DNA from: a virus
Lineage: Duplodnaviria; Caudoviricetes
Length of the DNA stretch: 40,534 nucleotides
Virus record (IMG/VR): IMGVR_UViG_3300016484_000752
Span: 1 to 40,534 of that record
Direction: 5' to 3' (one strand)
Shown: positions 1 through 9,041 of the stretch, one piece after another
Position numbering within the stretch: the stretch's first letter is position 1
How the letters are laid out: each line of letters begins with the position of its first letter
Translations under genes and position numbers: made by a program
The notes under the pieces: generated by a model
The model's database searches: none
Seen by the model: only the letters and a program-made list of their open reading frames with translations
What the model was told of the DNA's origin: nothing

Positions 1-1
1 C

Positions 2-130
2 GGTACGACGATAATACTCGTACGTCTTTATAGACTTACCAGCGCTGCCGCAGGCAGCTTCAATGGTCATACCTTCTGCGACACAGCCAAGAATAATTCT
101 CTTGGCTATATCGGCACTGTTATCCGGCAT
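2..130 (-). CDS. 5' fragment of a foreign phage gene, probably a terminase with an N-terminal HTH; runs off the window edge
   Basis: Not in the ORF track. AGGAG SD, ATG at 130, reads MPDNSADIAKRIILGCVAEGMTIEAACGSAGKSIKTYEYYRRT. From memory it resembles terminase N-termini of uncultured freshwater actinobacterial phages. Confidence 0.55.
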   Translation of the reverse strand, partial: MPDNSADIAKRIILGCVAEGMTIEAACGSAGKSIKTYEYYRRT

Positions 131-284
131 TGGACTCCTGTGTTAATTCATAAGCCAGAATAGCCGCCGCGATTTTGCGGCGTGCTTCTGGTCGGCCAGC
201 TAGTGCTTTAGCACTGCGTGATATCAAGTAGTGCTTCTTATATTTAGTGGCGCGGATCTTAACTACAGGTTCTGCCTTCTTCAT
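120..284 (-). CDS. Small basic hypothetical protein (54 aa) in the foreign AT-rich fragment
   Basis: GGAGGA SD at 291-296, ATG at 284, reads MKKAEPVVKIRATKYKKHYLISRSAKALAGRPEARRKIAAAILAYELTQESNAG*. Overlaps the next gene's start. Confidence 0.5.
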   Translation of the reverse strand: MKKAEPVVKIRATKYKKHYLISRSAKALAGRPEARRKIAAAILAYELTQESNAG

Positions 285-710
285 AAGTAGTCCTCCACAG
301 ACTAGGCGCGAAGCGCCGCGAAATCAATTTTCATTTATACCAAGTTGAGTATCTCATTTATATACCCGGTAGATAGATACAACTATCCCTACTAAAAAGC
401 ACCGCTAGGGAGCAAAGCTCCCGAACGAGCCACAGCGAAGTGAGGGGTAGATACCGCTTCGGCCTAGGGGCCTACGCGGAGGGTTTAACCCGTAGCGTAA
501 CGGGTCGTAAAACATACTTCCCCCGTTTTACTCCCCTACTATATATAAGGCAGGAAATTTGGTCAATTTCCCGCTTTCTGGTAAAAAACTTTAGTTTTTG
601 TGGCGTATATCACAGATATCCGCTATATACGACCCATAATATTTGACTTTAGGAAAAATATTTATTTGGGGAGTATTAGACACCAACGCCCGCCAATTAA
701 CAATGCGGGG

Positions 711-990
711 TCTGCTCTGCTCGCAGGGGCGAGATCCTGCGGAAGCGTTTGAAGCGACAACTCCGAACGGCATGCCGGTCCAGCATCCCAGGTACCAGAT
801 CCTGAAAAGCGAGCGCCAGATGATGTACGCGCTGCTCGCCAAGTTCGGCCTGAGCCCATCAGAGCAGGCCAATGTCACCACCGCAATCCGCGCTCAGCTC
901 AAGTTGTTCGAGAACCCAGGTCCCGTAACTCCACCATCGCCGACTGAGCCGCCGCGCGGCGCGCCACGAGGATTCAGCGAATTCGTATGA
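711..990 (+). pseudogene. terS: Terminase small subunit (P27-type), C-terminal part only; 5' end lost at the junction
   Basis: TPNGMPVQHPRYQIL...KFGLSPSEQANV matches the P27-family TerS C-terminal pattern. ATGA overlap with terL. The upstream part of ORF 643..990 lies in AT-rich foreign DNA. Confidence 0.75.
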
Positions 991-2687
991 CTCTCTCGTA
1001 TTTCGACCGCGCCAAAGCGTACGCGCACCGTGTCGTCGAAGGATTGGAGATTGCCGGGAAATACGAAGTCCTGGCCTGCAAGCGATTTCTGAAAGACCTG
1101 GATCGGCAGGGGACGGATGAATTCCCCTATGTGCTCGATGAGCGCCTCGGCTCTCGGGAGTGCCAGTTCCTTGAGCTGCTCCCCCACATCAAGGGGGAGT
1201 GGGCGAAGCCGATCTACGTCGACGGCATGATCACCTATGCCAGGATCAAGCTGGAAGACTGGCAGGTCTTCACAGAATTCCAGCTGTTCGGGTGGGTGCA
1301 CATGAGCACCAGGCTGCGCCGCTTCCGCCGCAGCTACGAAGAGATCGCCCGCAAGAACGCCAAGAGTACCCGCTTGGCAGGGCGCTGCCTGTACCTGGCA
1401 TTCGCGGACAGCGAACCAGGCGCGCAGGTATACAGCGCAGCGACCACTGGCGAGCAGGCCAAAGAGGTCTTCGACACCGCGCGCGAAATGGTGCTGCGTG
1501 ATTCCGAATTCCGGGAGCGCTTTGGCGTCACCGTGGGCCGGTACGACATCACCTGTGCCGAGTCTGCCAGCAGCTTCAAGATCATGAACGCCGAGGCCTC
1601 CACCCAGGACGGCCTCAACGTGCACGGCGCGGCCGTGGACGAAATGCACGCCCACAAAAAGCGTGATCTCTGGGACGTGATCGAGTCGGCAGACGGCGCG
1701 CGCTCACAGCCATTGATCAGCGCGATCACCACCGCGGGCAAAGACACCGGCGGCATCTGCTACGAAATGCGCGGCTACACCATCAAGGTGCTGGAAGGCA
1801 CGCACGTCGACGAAACCTGGTTCGGGATCGTGTACACGATTGATGAGGGCGACGACTGGAAAGACCAGCGCGTCTGGCGCAAGGCCAACCCGAACATCGG
1901 CATCAGCGCCAAGCTGGACAAGCTGATCGCCACCTGCACCAAGGCCATCGCCACGCCCTCGGCCAGAGGAAACTTCCTCACCAAGCACCTTAACGTCTGG
2001 ACCAATGCCGGCGTTGCCTGGATGGACATGGAAAGGTGGAACGCCTGTGCCGACCGAACGCTGAAAGAAGAAGACTTCTCTGACTGCAAGGCGTTCTGCG
2101 GCGTTGACCTGGCCGAAAAACACGACTTCGCAGCAAAAGTCAAGGTCATCGAACGCGACGGCATCTGGCACGTGTTCACGCGCCTGTATTACAACGAAGT
2201 CGCCGCCTCTGAAAGCAAGACGGCCCAGCTCCCGGGCTGGATCGAAGACGGACACGTCAGGGTGAGCCCTGGAAACCTGACCGACTTTGAAATGATCCGT
2301 GACGACCTCAAGGTCGACCAAGATTCACACGATCTGAGCGAAGTGGCGTATGACCCCGCGCTGTCCTCGTACTTTGCGCGCACCTTGATCGAAGACGGCC
2401 TGCCCATGGTCGAGATCACCCAGCGGTCCATGTTTTATACACAGCCGCTGCTGCAGGTGCATGCCATGGTTCTTGGTGGAAAGCTCAAGCACGACGGCAA
2501 CCCCGCCATGGACTGGATGGTCAGCAACCTGGTGGTGATCACGTCCAAATACAACGAGCTCAAGTCGCCGACCAAAGAGCGCGAAGAAAACAAGATCGAC
2601 GGACCCGTTGCGTTGCTCATGGCGCTGGGCCGGGCGCTGGCGGTCGAGCAAAACGACGTCATCGACAAAAACTTCACCTTCATCTGA
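987..2687 (+). CDS. terL: Terminase large subunit (HK97/cos type)
   Basis: Walker A IARKNAKST, Walker B AAVDEMH, coupling motif ITTAG, nuclease GVDLA and C-terminal KIDGPVALLMA. Confidence 0.97.
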   Translation: MTLSYFDRAKAYAHRVVEGLEIAGKYEVLACKRFLKDLDRQGTDEFPYVLDERLGSRECQFLELLPHIKGEWAKPIYVDGMITYARIKLEDWQVFTEFQLFGWVHMSTRLRRFRRSYEEIARKNAKSTRLAGRCLYLAFADSEPGAQVYSAATTGEQAKEVFDTAREMVLRDSEFRERFGVTVGRYDITCAESASSFKIMNAEASTQDGLNVHGAAVDEMHAHKKRDLWDVIESADGARSQPLISAITTAGKDTGGICYEMRGYTIKVLEGTHVDETWFGIVYTIDEGDDWKDQRVWRKANPNIGISAKLDKLIATCTKAIATPSARGNFLTKHLNVWTNAGVAWMDMERWNACADRTLKEEDFSDCKAFCGVDLAEKHDFAAKVKVIERDGIWHVFTRLYYNEVAASESKTAQLPGWIEDGHVRVSPGNLTDFEMIRDDLKVDQDSHDLSEVAYDPALSSYFARTLIEDGLPMVEITQRSMFYTQPLLQVHAMVLGGKLKHDGNPAMDWMVSNLVVITSKYNELKSPTKEREENKIDGPVALLMALGRALAVEQNDVIDKNFTFI

Positions 2688-2694
2688 GAGACCC

Positions 2695-2889
2695 ATGACA
2701 GCCACCACGTTCAATGCCGCCATGCTGGTGGGCCTGCTGCTGGTGGTGGTGGGTGTCGGGTGGGAATGGTCAGTGCCACTGGCGCTGATCGTGGGCGGCA
2801 CGCTTGTGCTGTTCGTCACCCTGCTGCTGGCATTCAAGGCCGGCGTCATCGCTGCTGCACAAAAAGGCCGAACCCATGTTTCTGACTAA
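2695..2889 (+). CDS. Small two-TM membrane protein between terL and portal
   Basis: 64 aa with two hydrophobic stretches (MLVGLLLVVVGVGW; VPLALIVGGTLVLFVTLLLAF). This position is typical in HK97-like phages. Confidence 0.75.
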   Translation: MTATTFNAAMLVGLLLVVVGVGWEWSVPLALIVGGTLVLFVTLLLAFKAGVIAAAQKGRTHVSD

Positions 2890-4348
2890 CCTGCGGGCCG
2901 GCCCGCCAGCCGGAGACGACTTCTGGTTCAGCAGCCTTGATGGCGCTGCACCCACGCTGTCCGGTGCACACGTCAGCACAGACACCGCCATGCGGCTGAG
3001 CACGGTGTACAAATGCATCAAGGTCATCTCCGAAACGATCGGCATGCTGCCGCTGCACCTGTACCGCACCGAAGACGGTCGCCGCCGCCGCGTCACGGAC
3101 CACCCGCTGGCCAAACTCCTGGCCACGCGGCCCAACCCGTGGCAAACGCCGATGCAGATGCGTGGCATGCTGGAAGCGCACCGCAGCTTGCGCGGCAACG
3201 GCTACGCCCGCATCTACACCGATGCGGGGGGCGAGCCCACGGCCATCGTTCCCCTGCACCCTGATCGCGTCACGCCCGAGCTGGCCGACAACGGCACACC
3301 GCGCTACCGCATCACCAACGCGCAGGGCTTGTACGAAGCCACGCTGCTGCCTGGCGAAGTGCTGCACCTGTGCGGTCTGACGCTGGACGGCTATGTCGGC
3401 GTGAACCCCATCGCTTTCGAGCGCGAAGCCATCGGCAGCGCGATCGCCGCGCGAGACTACGGCAGCCGCTTCTGGAACAACGACGCCCGCCCGCCGTTCT
3501 GGGTCAAGTTCCCCGGGACGATGAAAGACCCCGAGGCCCGCGCCAACGTCCGTGCCGAATGGCAGGAGATGTACGGCGGATCCAACCGCGGCAAACCGGC
3601 CATCCTGGACCGAGGCATGGAGATCCACGAGCTCGGCCTCACCAACGCCGATTCTCAATGGATCGATGCGCGCAAGTACAGCGACGTCGACATCTGCGGC
3701 CTGTTCCGTGTGCCGCCCCACAAGATCGGCATTCTGGACCGCGCCACCTGGGGCAACATCGAACACCAAAACATCGAGTTCGTCACCGACTGCATCTTGC
3801 CCCTGTGCGTCAGCTGGGAGCAAACCGTCTTTCGTGACGCCATCATCGACGAAAACCTGTTCGTCGAACACATCCTGGAAGTGCTGTTGCGCGGCGACAC
3901 CACCAGCCGCTTCAACGCCTACGGCAAAGCCATCCAGGACGGCTGGATGACCCGCAACGAAGCCCGCCGGCTTGAGAACCGCGACCCACTCCCGGGGCTG
4001 GACGAACCGCTGCAGCCGCTGAACATGACCACCGCCGGCGCCAGAGCCATGGCTACCCCACCGCGCCAGACCTCACCCGGCCGAGCTGCAGCCCTGCTGC
4101 AGGCCAACGCGGCGCGGGTGGCGCGCAAAGAGGCGGGCCTGATTGCCGGGGCCTTCAAGGCCGGCCGCCCGATGGTCGAAGCCTTTGCAGACCACGCCCG
4201 GTTTGTGGCTGACGTCATGGCCGTCAGTGCTGAAACCGCCGCCGCCTACACCGCCACCGCTGTGCAGCGGGCTGAAGGCGCCAACACCACCACCATCGAG
4301 CAATGGGTAGCAGCCCAAACCGCAGCCCTGCTGCAACTGGAGACCTGA
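2876..4348 (+). CDS. Portal protein (HK97 family)
   Basis: Motifs VYKCIKVISETIGMLPL, RPNPWQT, LRGNGY, ICGLFRVPPHKIG, GWMTRNEARRLE. Start moved to ATG 2876 after AAAGG. Confidence 0.96.
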   Translation: MFLTNLRAGPPAGDDFWFSSLDGAAPTLSGAHVSTDTAMRLSTVYKCIKVISETIGMLPLHLYRTEDGRRRRVTDHPLAKLLATRPNPWQTPMQMRGMLEAHRSLRGNGYARIYTDAGGEPTAIVPLHPDRVTPELADNGTPRYRITNAQGLYEATLLPGEVLHLCGLTLDGYVGVNPIAFEREAIGSAIAARDYGSRFWNNDARPPFWVKFPGTMKDPEARANVRAEWQEMYGGSNRGKPAILDRGMEIHELGLTNADSQWIDARKYSDVDICGLFRVPPHKIGILDRATWGNIEHQNIEFVTDCILPLCVSWEQTVFRDAIIDENLFVEHILEVLLRGDTTSRFNAYGKAIQDGWMTRNEARRLENRDPLPGLDEPLQPLNMTTAGARAMATPPRQTSPGRAAALLQANAARVARKEAGLIAGAFKAGRPMVEAFADHARFVADVMAVSAETAAAYTATAVQRAEGANTTTIEQWVAAQTAALLQLET

Positions 4349-4350
4349 TC

Positions 4351-5292
4351 ATGATGCTGATCCTTGCCGAGTTCTACAGCACCCCCTGGGTGCTGGACCC
4401 CGACACCTACGCCCAGATGCAACTCATCCTGGAGCGCTGGGCCAGCGGCGTGCGCCTGCCGCAAGCCGAGATCCAGGCCGCCATCGGCGACGCCCCCCAG
4501 GCCGCCGCCGATCGCCGCGCCCAGGCCGGCCAGGCGGGGCAGGGCGCGGTCGCCGTCGTCCCTGTGTACGGCGTCATCACCCACCGTGCACGCGACCTGT
4601 CTGTCAGCACCCCCATGACCAGCACCGAGCTGCTCACCCAGCAGCTGCGCAGTGCGGCCCACAACCCAGACATCAGCGCCATCGTGCTGGACGTCGACAG
4701 CCCGGGCGGCAGCGTGTTCGGCGTGCAGGAGGTGGGTGACACCATCCAGGCGCTGCGCGGCACCAAGCCAATCATCGCCGTGGCCAACGCCAAGGCGGCC
4801 AGCGGCGCGTACTGGATCGCGTCGCAGGCCGACGAACTGGTCATCACCCCCAGCGGAGCGGTCGGCAGCATTGGCGCCCTCATGGTGCACCGAGACCAAA
4901 GCGCCAAAAATGAGCGCGACGGTGTCAAGACCACCTACGTGCACGCCGGCAAATACAAGGTCGAAGGCAACCCCGACAACCCGCTGGACGCCGAAGGCCA
5001 GACCCACCTGCAGGGTATGGTCGACCACTACTACAGCACCTTCGTGCGTGCCGTCGCCAAAGGCCGCGGCGTCAGCGTCGACACCGTGCGCGGCGAGAGC
5101 TTCGGCCAGGGCCGCATGGTGCTGGCCAAAGACGCCGTTGCCGCCGGCATGGCCAACCGCATTGGTACGCTGGATCAGGTCATTGCCGACCTGGCCAAAC
5201 CCAAGCGCCGGCCCATGGGGCAGCAAGCCATGGGCGGCATGCACGCCAGCACAGCCGCCGCACAGCTGGCCGTGCTGCAGGCCAGCGCCTGA
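4351..5292 (+). CDS. Prohead maturation protease, S49 (SppA/lambda gpC) family
   Basis: LDVDSPGG, AASGAYWIAS (catalytic Ser), GSIG, AGKYK. Lies between portal and capsid. Confidence 0.93.
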   Translation: MMLILAEFYSTPWVLDPDTYAQMQLILERWASGVRLPQAEIQAAIGDAPQAAADRRAQAGQAGQGAVAVVPVYGVITHRARDLSVSTPMTSTELLTQQLRSAAHNPDISAIVLDVDSPGGSVFGVQEVGDTIQALRGTKPIIAVANAKAASGAYWIASQADELVITPSGAVGSIGALMVHRDQSAKNERDGVKTTYVHAGKYKVEGNPDNPLDAEGQTHLQGMVDHYYSTFVRAVAKGRGVSVDTVRGESFGQGRMVLAKDAVAAGMANRIGTLDQVIADLAKPKRRPMGQQAMGGMHASTAAAQLAVLQASA

Positions 5293-5438
5293 AGCCCACG
5301 GCGTTCACCCCCATTCACCCGAGTCCGCGGTCCGTCAGCACCGCACCGCACCGGCCCGCAGGCACGGTGCGCAGCCCAACGGCTGGCGCTGACACACCAC
5401 CACCACAACCGCACCCCACCACCTCAAGGAAACACACC

Positions 5439-6926
5439 ATGCAACGCAGCACCTACCCCCGCTTCGGCCTGCTCCTGGCAGCCACCGTCGCCATCGTCGC
5501 CGTCATCGCCGGCCCGGCATTCGCCAGCCCGCTCGACGGCATCGCCCTGGCCGGCGCCCTGTTCGGCGACAACGGCCTCACCACCGGCCAACTGCTGGGC
5601 CTGGCAGCCGCCGGCACCATCAAGCAGCTCGGCACCCTGCAGGCACGGCGCAAAGACTTGGTCGCGCAGATGACGGCCATCACCAACGCCGCAGCGGCCC
5701 GTGAAGACGGCATGCTCACCGCCGAAGAACGCACCGCCTTTGACACCGCGTCCGCCAGCGTCACCGCACTGGACGAAGACATTGCCCGCGTGCGCGCATC
5801 CATTGAAGCCACCCGCACCGGCGGCGGGGTCGAAATCGGCAACGGTGCCATCAACACCACCGACAACCTGCGTGAAGCCAAGAACCATGGCTTTCGCAGC
5901 TTCGGCGAGTTTGCCAACGCCTGCGTGCGCGCCGCTGTGGACCCGACCGCTGCGGATGACCGCCTGCAGATCGGCGCGGCCAGCACCGCCCCGGGCAGCT
6001 ACGGCAACACGCAAAGCGGTGCCGATGGCGGCTACCTGGTGCCGCCCGAGTTCAGCACCACCATCGTGCAGACGGCCTACAACCAGAACGACAGCTTTGT
6101 GCCCATGACGGACAACACCCCCGTCAGCGGAAACAGCATGACGTTCCCGGTGGACGAAACCACCCCATGGGGCAACAGCGGCATCAAAGCCTACTGGACG
6201 GATGAAGCTGGCGCCAGCACCGAATCCAAAGGCGAGTTTTACCCCGCCACGCTGCGCCTGAAAAAGCTCACCGCGCTGGTCCCCATCACCGAAGAGATGA
6301 TGGCCGACGCCCCCGCGCTGGGCGCCTACATCCAGGCCAAAGTGCCCGAAGCCATTGCCTTCAAGACCAATGAGGCCCTGTGGTCCGGCTCCGGTGCTGG
6401 CAAGCCCAAAGGCTTCTACACATCCAGCGGGCTGCTTGTCAGCGTGGCCAAGGAAAGCGGCCAGGCGGCAGACACCATCGTGGCGCTCAACCTGTCCAAG
6501 ATGCGCGCCCGCATGTCCGCCCGCAGCTACCGCCGCGCCATCTGGCACATCAACAACGACTGCCTGCCCCAGCTCGACGCCCTGGTGTTCGCCACCACCG
6601 CCACCAACGGCCAGATCTACAACCCCAACGGCGGGCGCTTCGGCTACGGCACCATCCTGGGCCGCGACGTCATGGTCACCGACTTCAACGAAACCGTTGG
6701 CGACAAAGGCGACATCGTCCTGGCTGACTGGGGCATGTACCGCACCATCACCAAGAGCGGCGGCGTCGAGACGGCCACCAGCATGCACTTCTGGTTCGAC
6801 CGGGGCATCACCGCCTTCCGCACGACGTTCCGCATCGACGGCCAGCCCAGCATCGCGGCACCGGTCACGCCAAACAAAGGCTCGGCCACGCTGTCGCCCA
6901 TCGTCACGCTGGACGCCCGCGCCTGA
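5439..6926 (+). CDS. Major capsid protein, HK97 fold, with a signal-peptide-like N-terminal extension
   Basis: AAGGA SD before ATG 5439. Coiled-coil delta domain, then DGGYLVPPEF, KKLTALVPITEEMMAD, GSGAGKPKG, ILGRDV, FRTTFRIDGQP. Confidence 0.95.
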   Translation: MQRSTYPRFGLLLAATVAIVAVIAGPAFASPLDGIALAGALFGDNGLTTGQLLGLAAAGTIKQLGTLQARRKDLVAQMTAITNAAAAREDGMLTAEERTAFDTASASVTALDEDIARVRASIEATRTGGGVEIGNGAINTTDNLREAKNHGFRSFGEFANACVRAAVDPTAADDRLQIGAASTAPGSYGNTQSGADGGYLVPPEFSTTIVQTAYNQNDSFVPMTDNTPVSGNSMTFPVDETTPWGNSGIKAYWTDEAGASTESKGEFYPATLRLKKLTALVPITEEMMADAPALGAYIQAKVPEAIAFKTNEALWSGSGAGKPKGFYTSSGLLVSVAKESGQAADTIVALNLSKMRARMSARSYRRAIWHINNDCLPQLDALVFATTATNGQIYNPNGGRFGYGTILGRDVMVTDFNETVGDKGDIVLADWGMYRTITKSGGVETATSMHFWFDRGITAFRTTFRIDGQPSIAAPVTPNKGSATLSPIVTLDARA

Positions 6927-7017
6927 TTCCAGGCCGTGAAGCCGCCACGCCCCGCCGCCATCCATGGCCGGTCGGGCGTGGCCCAACACCCCAACCCCAC
7001 ATCACCGGAGCATCATC

Positions 7018-7455
7018 ATGCAAGGCAAACTCACCGAAGCGCTGGCGCTGGTCGCCACCATCGACCCCCAGACCCTGGCCAGCACCGAAACCTTCACCGA
7101 CGTCGTCGACATGGGTGCCAACACCCAGGCCGTCGCCATCCTGCTGACCGGCAACATGGCTGCGGAAACCATCGACTTCAAGGCCTACAGCTGCGACAGC
7201 GACGGCAGCAACGCCGCCGCCATCACCGGCCGCGCGGCCACCCAACTGGCTGGCCACGCCACCAACAACGACAACAAGCAGATCATCATCAATCTGCGCG
7301 ACACAGACCTGACCGCCAGCGGCAAACAGCACGTCAAGTTCGGCTTCGTCACCGGTGGCGCCACGGGCGGCCCGGTATCCGTCGCCGTGCTGGCCACTCC
7401 GCGCCAGGGCATTGCCAGCGGCAGTGACATCGCCAGCGTCGCCGAAATCGTCTGA
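7018..7455 (+). CDS. Virion structural protein, probable head decoration protein
   Basis: GGAG SD, 145 aa, beta-rich. Directly after the capsid gene and before a terminator. Confidence 0.6.
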   Translation: MQGKLTEALALVATIDPQTLASTETFTDVVDMGANTQAVAILLTGNMAAETIDFKAYSCDSDGSNAAAITGRAATQLAGHATNNDNKQIIINLRDTDLTASGKQHVKFGFVTGGATGGPVSVAVLATPRQGIASGSDIASVAEIV

Positions 7456-7479
7456 CCAACCACCCCAGACCCCCGCGTG

Positions 7480-7505
7480 AAACGCCCTCCCCGTGAGGGC
7501 GTTTT
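7480..7505 (+). terminator. Intrinsic terminator after the head genes
   Basis: AAACGCCCTC-cccgt-GAGGGCGTTT-T hairpin. Confidence 0.7.
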
Positions 7506-7586
7506 GCATGGGCGCCTGCGCGCCTGATTGCCAAAAAGCCCGATCGCCCAAACGCCTGCCCGTCCCCCGCCGTACAGACACCCGCC

Positions 7587-8165
7587 ATGCCCACCACCCG
7601 CATCACCGACGCCGCCACCGAGCCCCTCACCGTGGCCGTGGCCAAGCGCCACCTGCGCGTGGACGACACCGACTCAGACACCACCACCGACATCAGCGCC
7701 GCCATCACCGCCGCGCGGCACGATGCCGAGCACCGCCTGCAGCGCACCCTCATCACCACCACCTGGGAGCACGTGCGCGACACATTCCCCGGCGCGTGCG
7801 AGGGGTACACCATCAGCCTGCCCATGGGCACCGTGCAAGCCATCAGCAGCGTCAAGTACGTGGACGAAGCCGGCACCCTGCAGACCCTGGCGTCCGATCA
7901 ATACCAGCTCTCTGGCGACCGCCTGGCGCCAGCCTACGGCTGCAGCTGGCCCGCCACCCGCTCGGGCGATCTGGGTGCCGTGCGCGTGCGCTACACCGCA
8001 GGGTACGGTGCCGCGTCCACCGACGTGCCCGCGCCCGTCATCGCGTGGATCAAGCTGGCCTTGGGCGACCTGTGGGACCAGCGCGCCCGCAGCAGCGACA
8101 AACCGGCCGTGCCCCAGCACTTTGCCGACGGCCTGCTCGACGCCTACCGCATCTGGGCACTGTGA
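7587..8165 (+). CDS. Head-tail connector (HK97 gp6-like)
   Basis: EPLTVAVAKRHLRVD, AARHDAEH, VRVRYTAGYG, VPAPVIAWIKL, LLDAYRI. Confidence 0.9.
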   Translation: MPTTRITDAATEPLTVAVAKRHLRVDDTDSDTTTDISAAITAARHDAEHRLQRTLITTTWEHVRDTFPGACEGYTISLPMGTVQAISSVKYVDEAGTLQTLASDQYQLSGDRLAPAYGCSWPATRSGDLGAVRVRYTAGYGAASTDVPAPVIAWIKLALGDLWDQRARSSDKPAVPQHFADGLLDAYRIWAL

Positions 8166-8175
8166 GGGGGCCGCC

Positions 8176-8541
8176 ATGTTTGCCATCGACCCCGGCCGGT
8201 TTGACCGCCGCATCACCATCCAGCGCAAAAGCACCACACAAGACGCCACCTACGGCACCGAGGTGGTGACGTGGGTCACCCACTGCAGCGCCTGGGCGCA
8301 GCTGCTGGACCAACTGCCCAGCAAAGCCGAGGGCAACGCCGGCGGCATCGACATCGCCGCGCGCCCGGTGCGCGTGCGCATGCGCTACCAGGCCGGCATC
8401 ACCAGCGACATGCGGTTCACGCTGGCCGATCGCGGCACGCGCACCTACCGCCTGCTCACCCAGCCGGCGGAAATCGGCGGGCGCCGCTCCTACCTCGAAT
8501 TCATGGCCGAAGAGCTCACCACCTCGGGCACCGCAGCATGA
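8176..8541 (+). CDS. Head closure protein (SPP1 gp16-like)
   Basis: PGRFDRRITIQ, YGTEVVTW, WAQ, RMRYQAGITSDMR. GAGG SD. Confidence 0.88.
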   Translation: MFAIDPGRFDRRITIQRKSTTQDATYGTEVVTWVTHCSAWAQLLDQLPSKAEGNAGGIDIAARPVRVRMRYQAGITSDMRFTLADRGTRTYRLLTQPAEIGGRRSYLEFMAEELTTSGTAA

Positions 8542-9041
8542 CCGCCACCGACATCCATGTCAAAGGCCTTGCCGAGCTGCAGCGCTACCTGCAGGCCCTG
8601 CCCGCCAAGATCGAGGCCAACGTGCTGCGCGGCGCGCTGCGTGCGGGCGCCCGTGAAGTGCAGGCCGAAGCCCGCCGCATGGTGCCGCGCAAAAGCGGCC
8701 GCCTGCGCGCCGGCCTCAAGATCAGCACCAGCAACCGGCGCGGCGTGGTGTCTGCCAAGGTCAAGGCCACGGGCAAACACGCATTCCTGGCGCCGTGGCT
8801 TGAGTTCGGCACCCGGCCGCACGTCATCAAGCCCGGCAAACGCCGCCGCGCGCTGGCCGTCAACGGGCGCGTCATCAGCGCCATTGACCACCCGGGTGCG
8901 CAGCCCAAGCCCTTCATGCGCCCCGCGCTCGACAGCCGGGCCCGCGCCGCCGTGCTGGCGGTCGGCGCCCACATCAAAAAACGCCTGGCCACCAAACACG
9001 GCATCGACACCGCAGACATCCAGCTGGAAGCCGACGCATGA
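8538..9041 (+). CDS. Neck protein, HK97 gp10-like
   Basis: VKGLAEL, PRKSGRLR, LEFGT, HPGAQPKPFMRPALD. ATGA overlap with the previous gene. Confidence 0.9.
   Translation: MTATDIHVKGLAELQRYLQALPAKIEANVLRGALRAGAREVQAEARRMVPRKSGRLRAGLKISTSNRRGVVSAKVKATGKHAFLAPWLEFGTRPHVIKPGKRRRALAVNGRVISAIDHPGAQPKPFMRPALDSRARAAVLAVGAHIKKRLATKHGIDTADIQLEADA

Noticed and set aside
440-881. ORFs 440..646 (+), 591..881 (-) and 662..859 (-)
   Set aside because: No recognisable motifs. They span a hairpin-rich non-coding region or the junction.
643-990. ORF-track 115-aa ORF as an intact terminase small subunit
   Set aside because: Its first ~23 codons lie in the AT-rich foreign segment with a TTG start and no SD. 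Only the C-terminal part looks like TerS.
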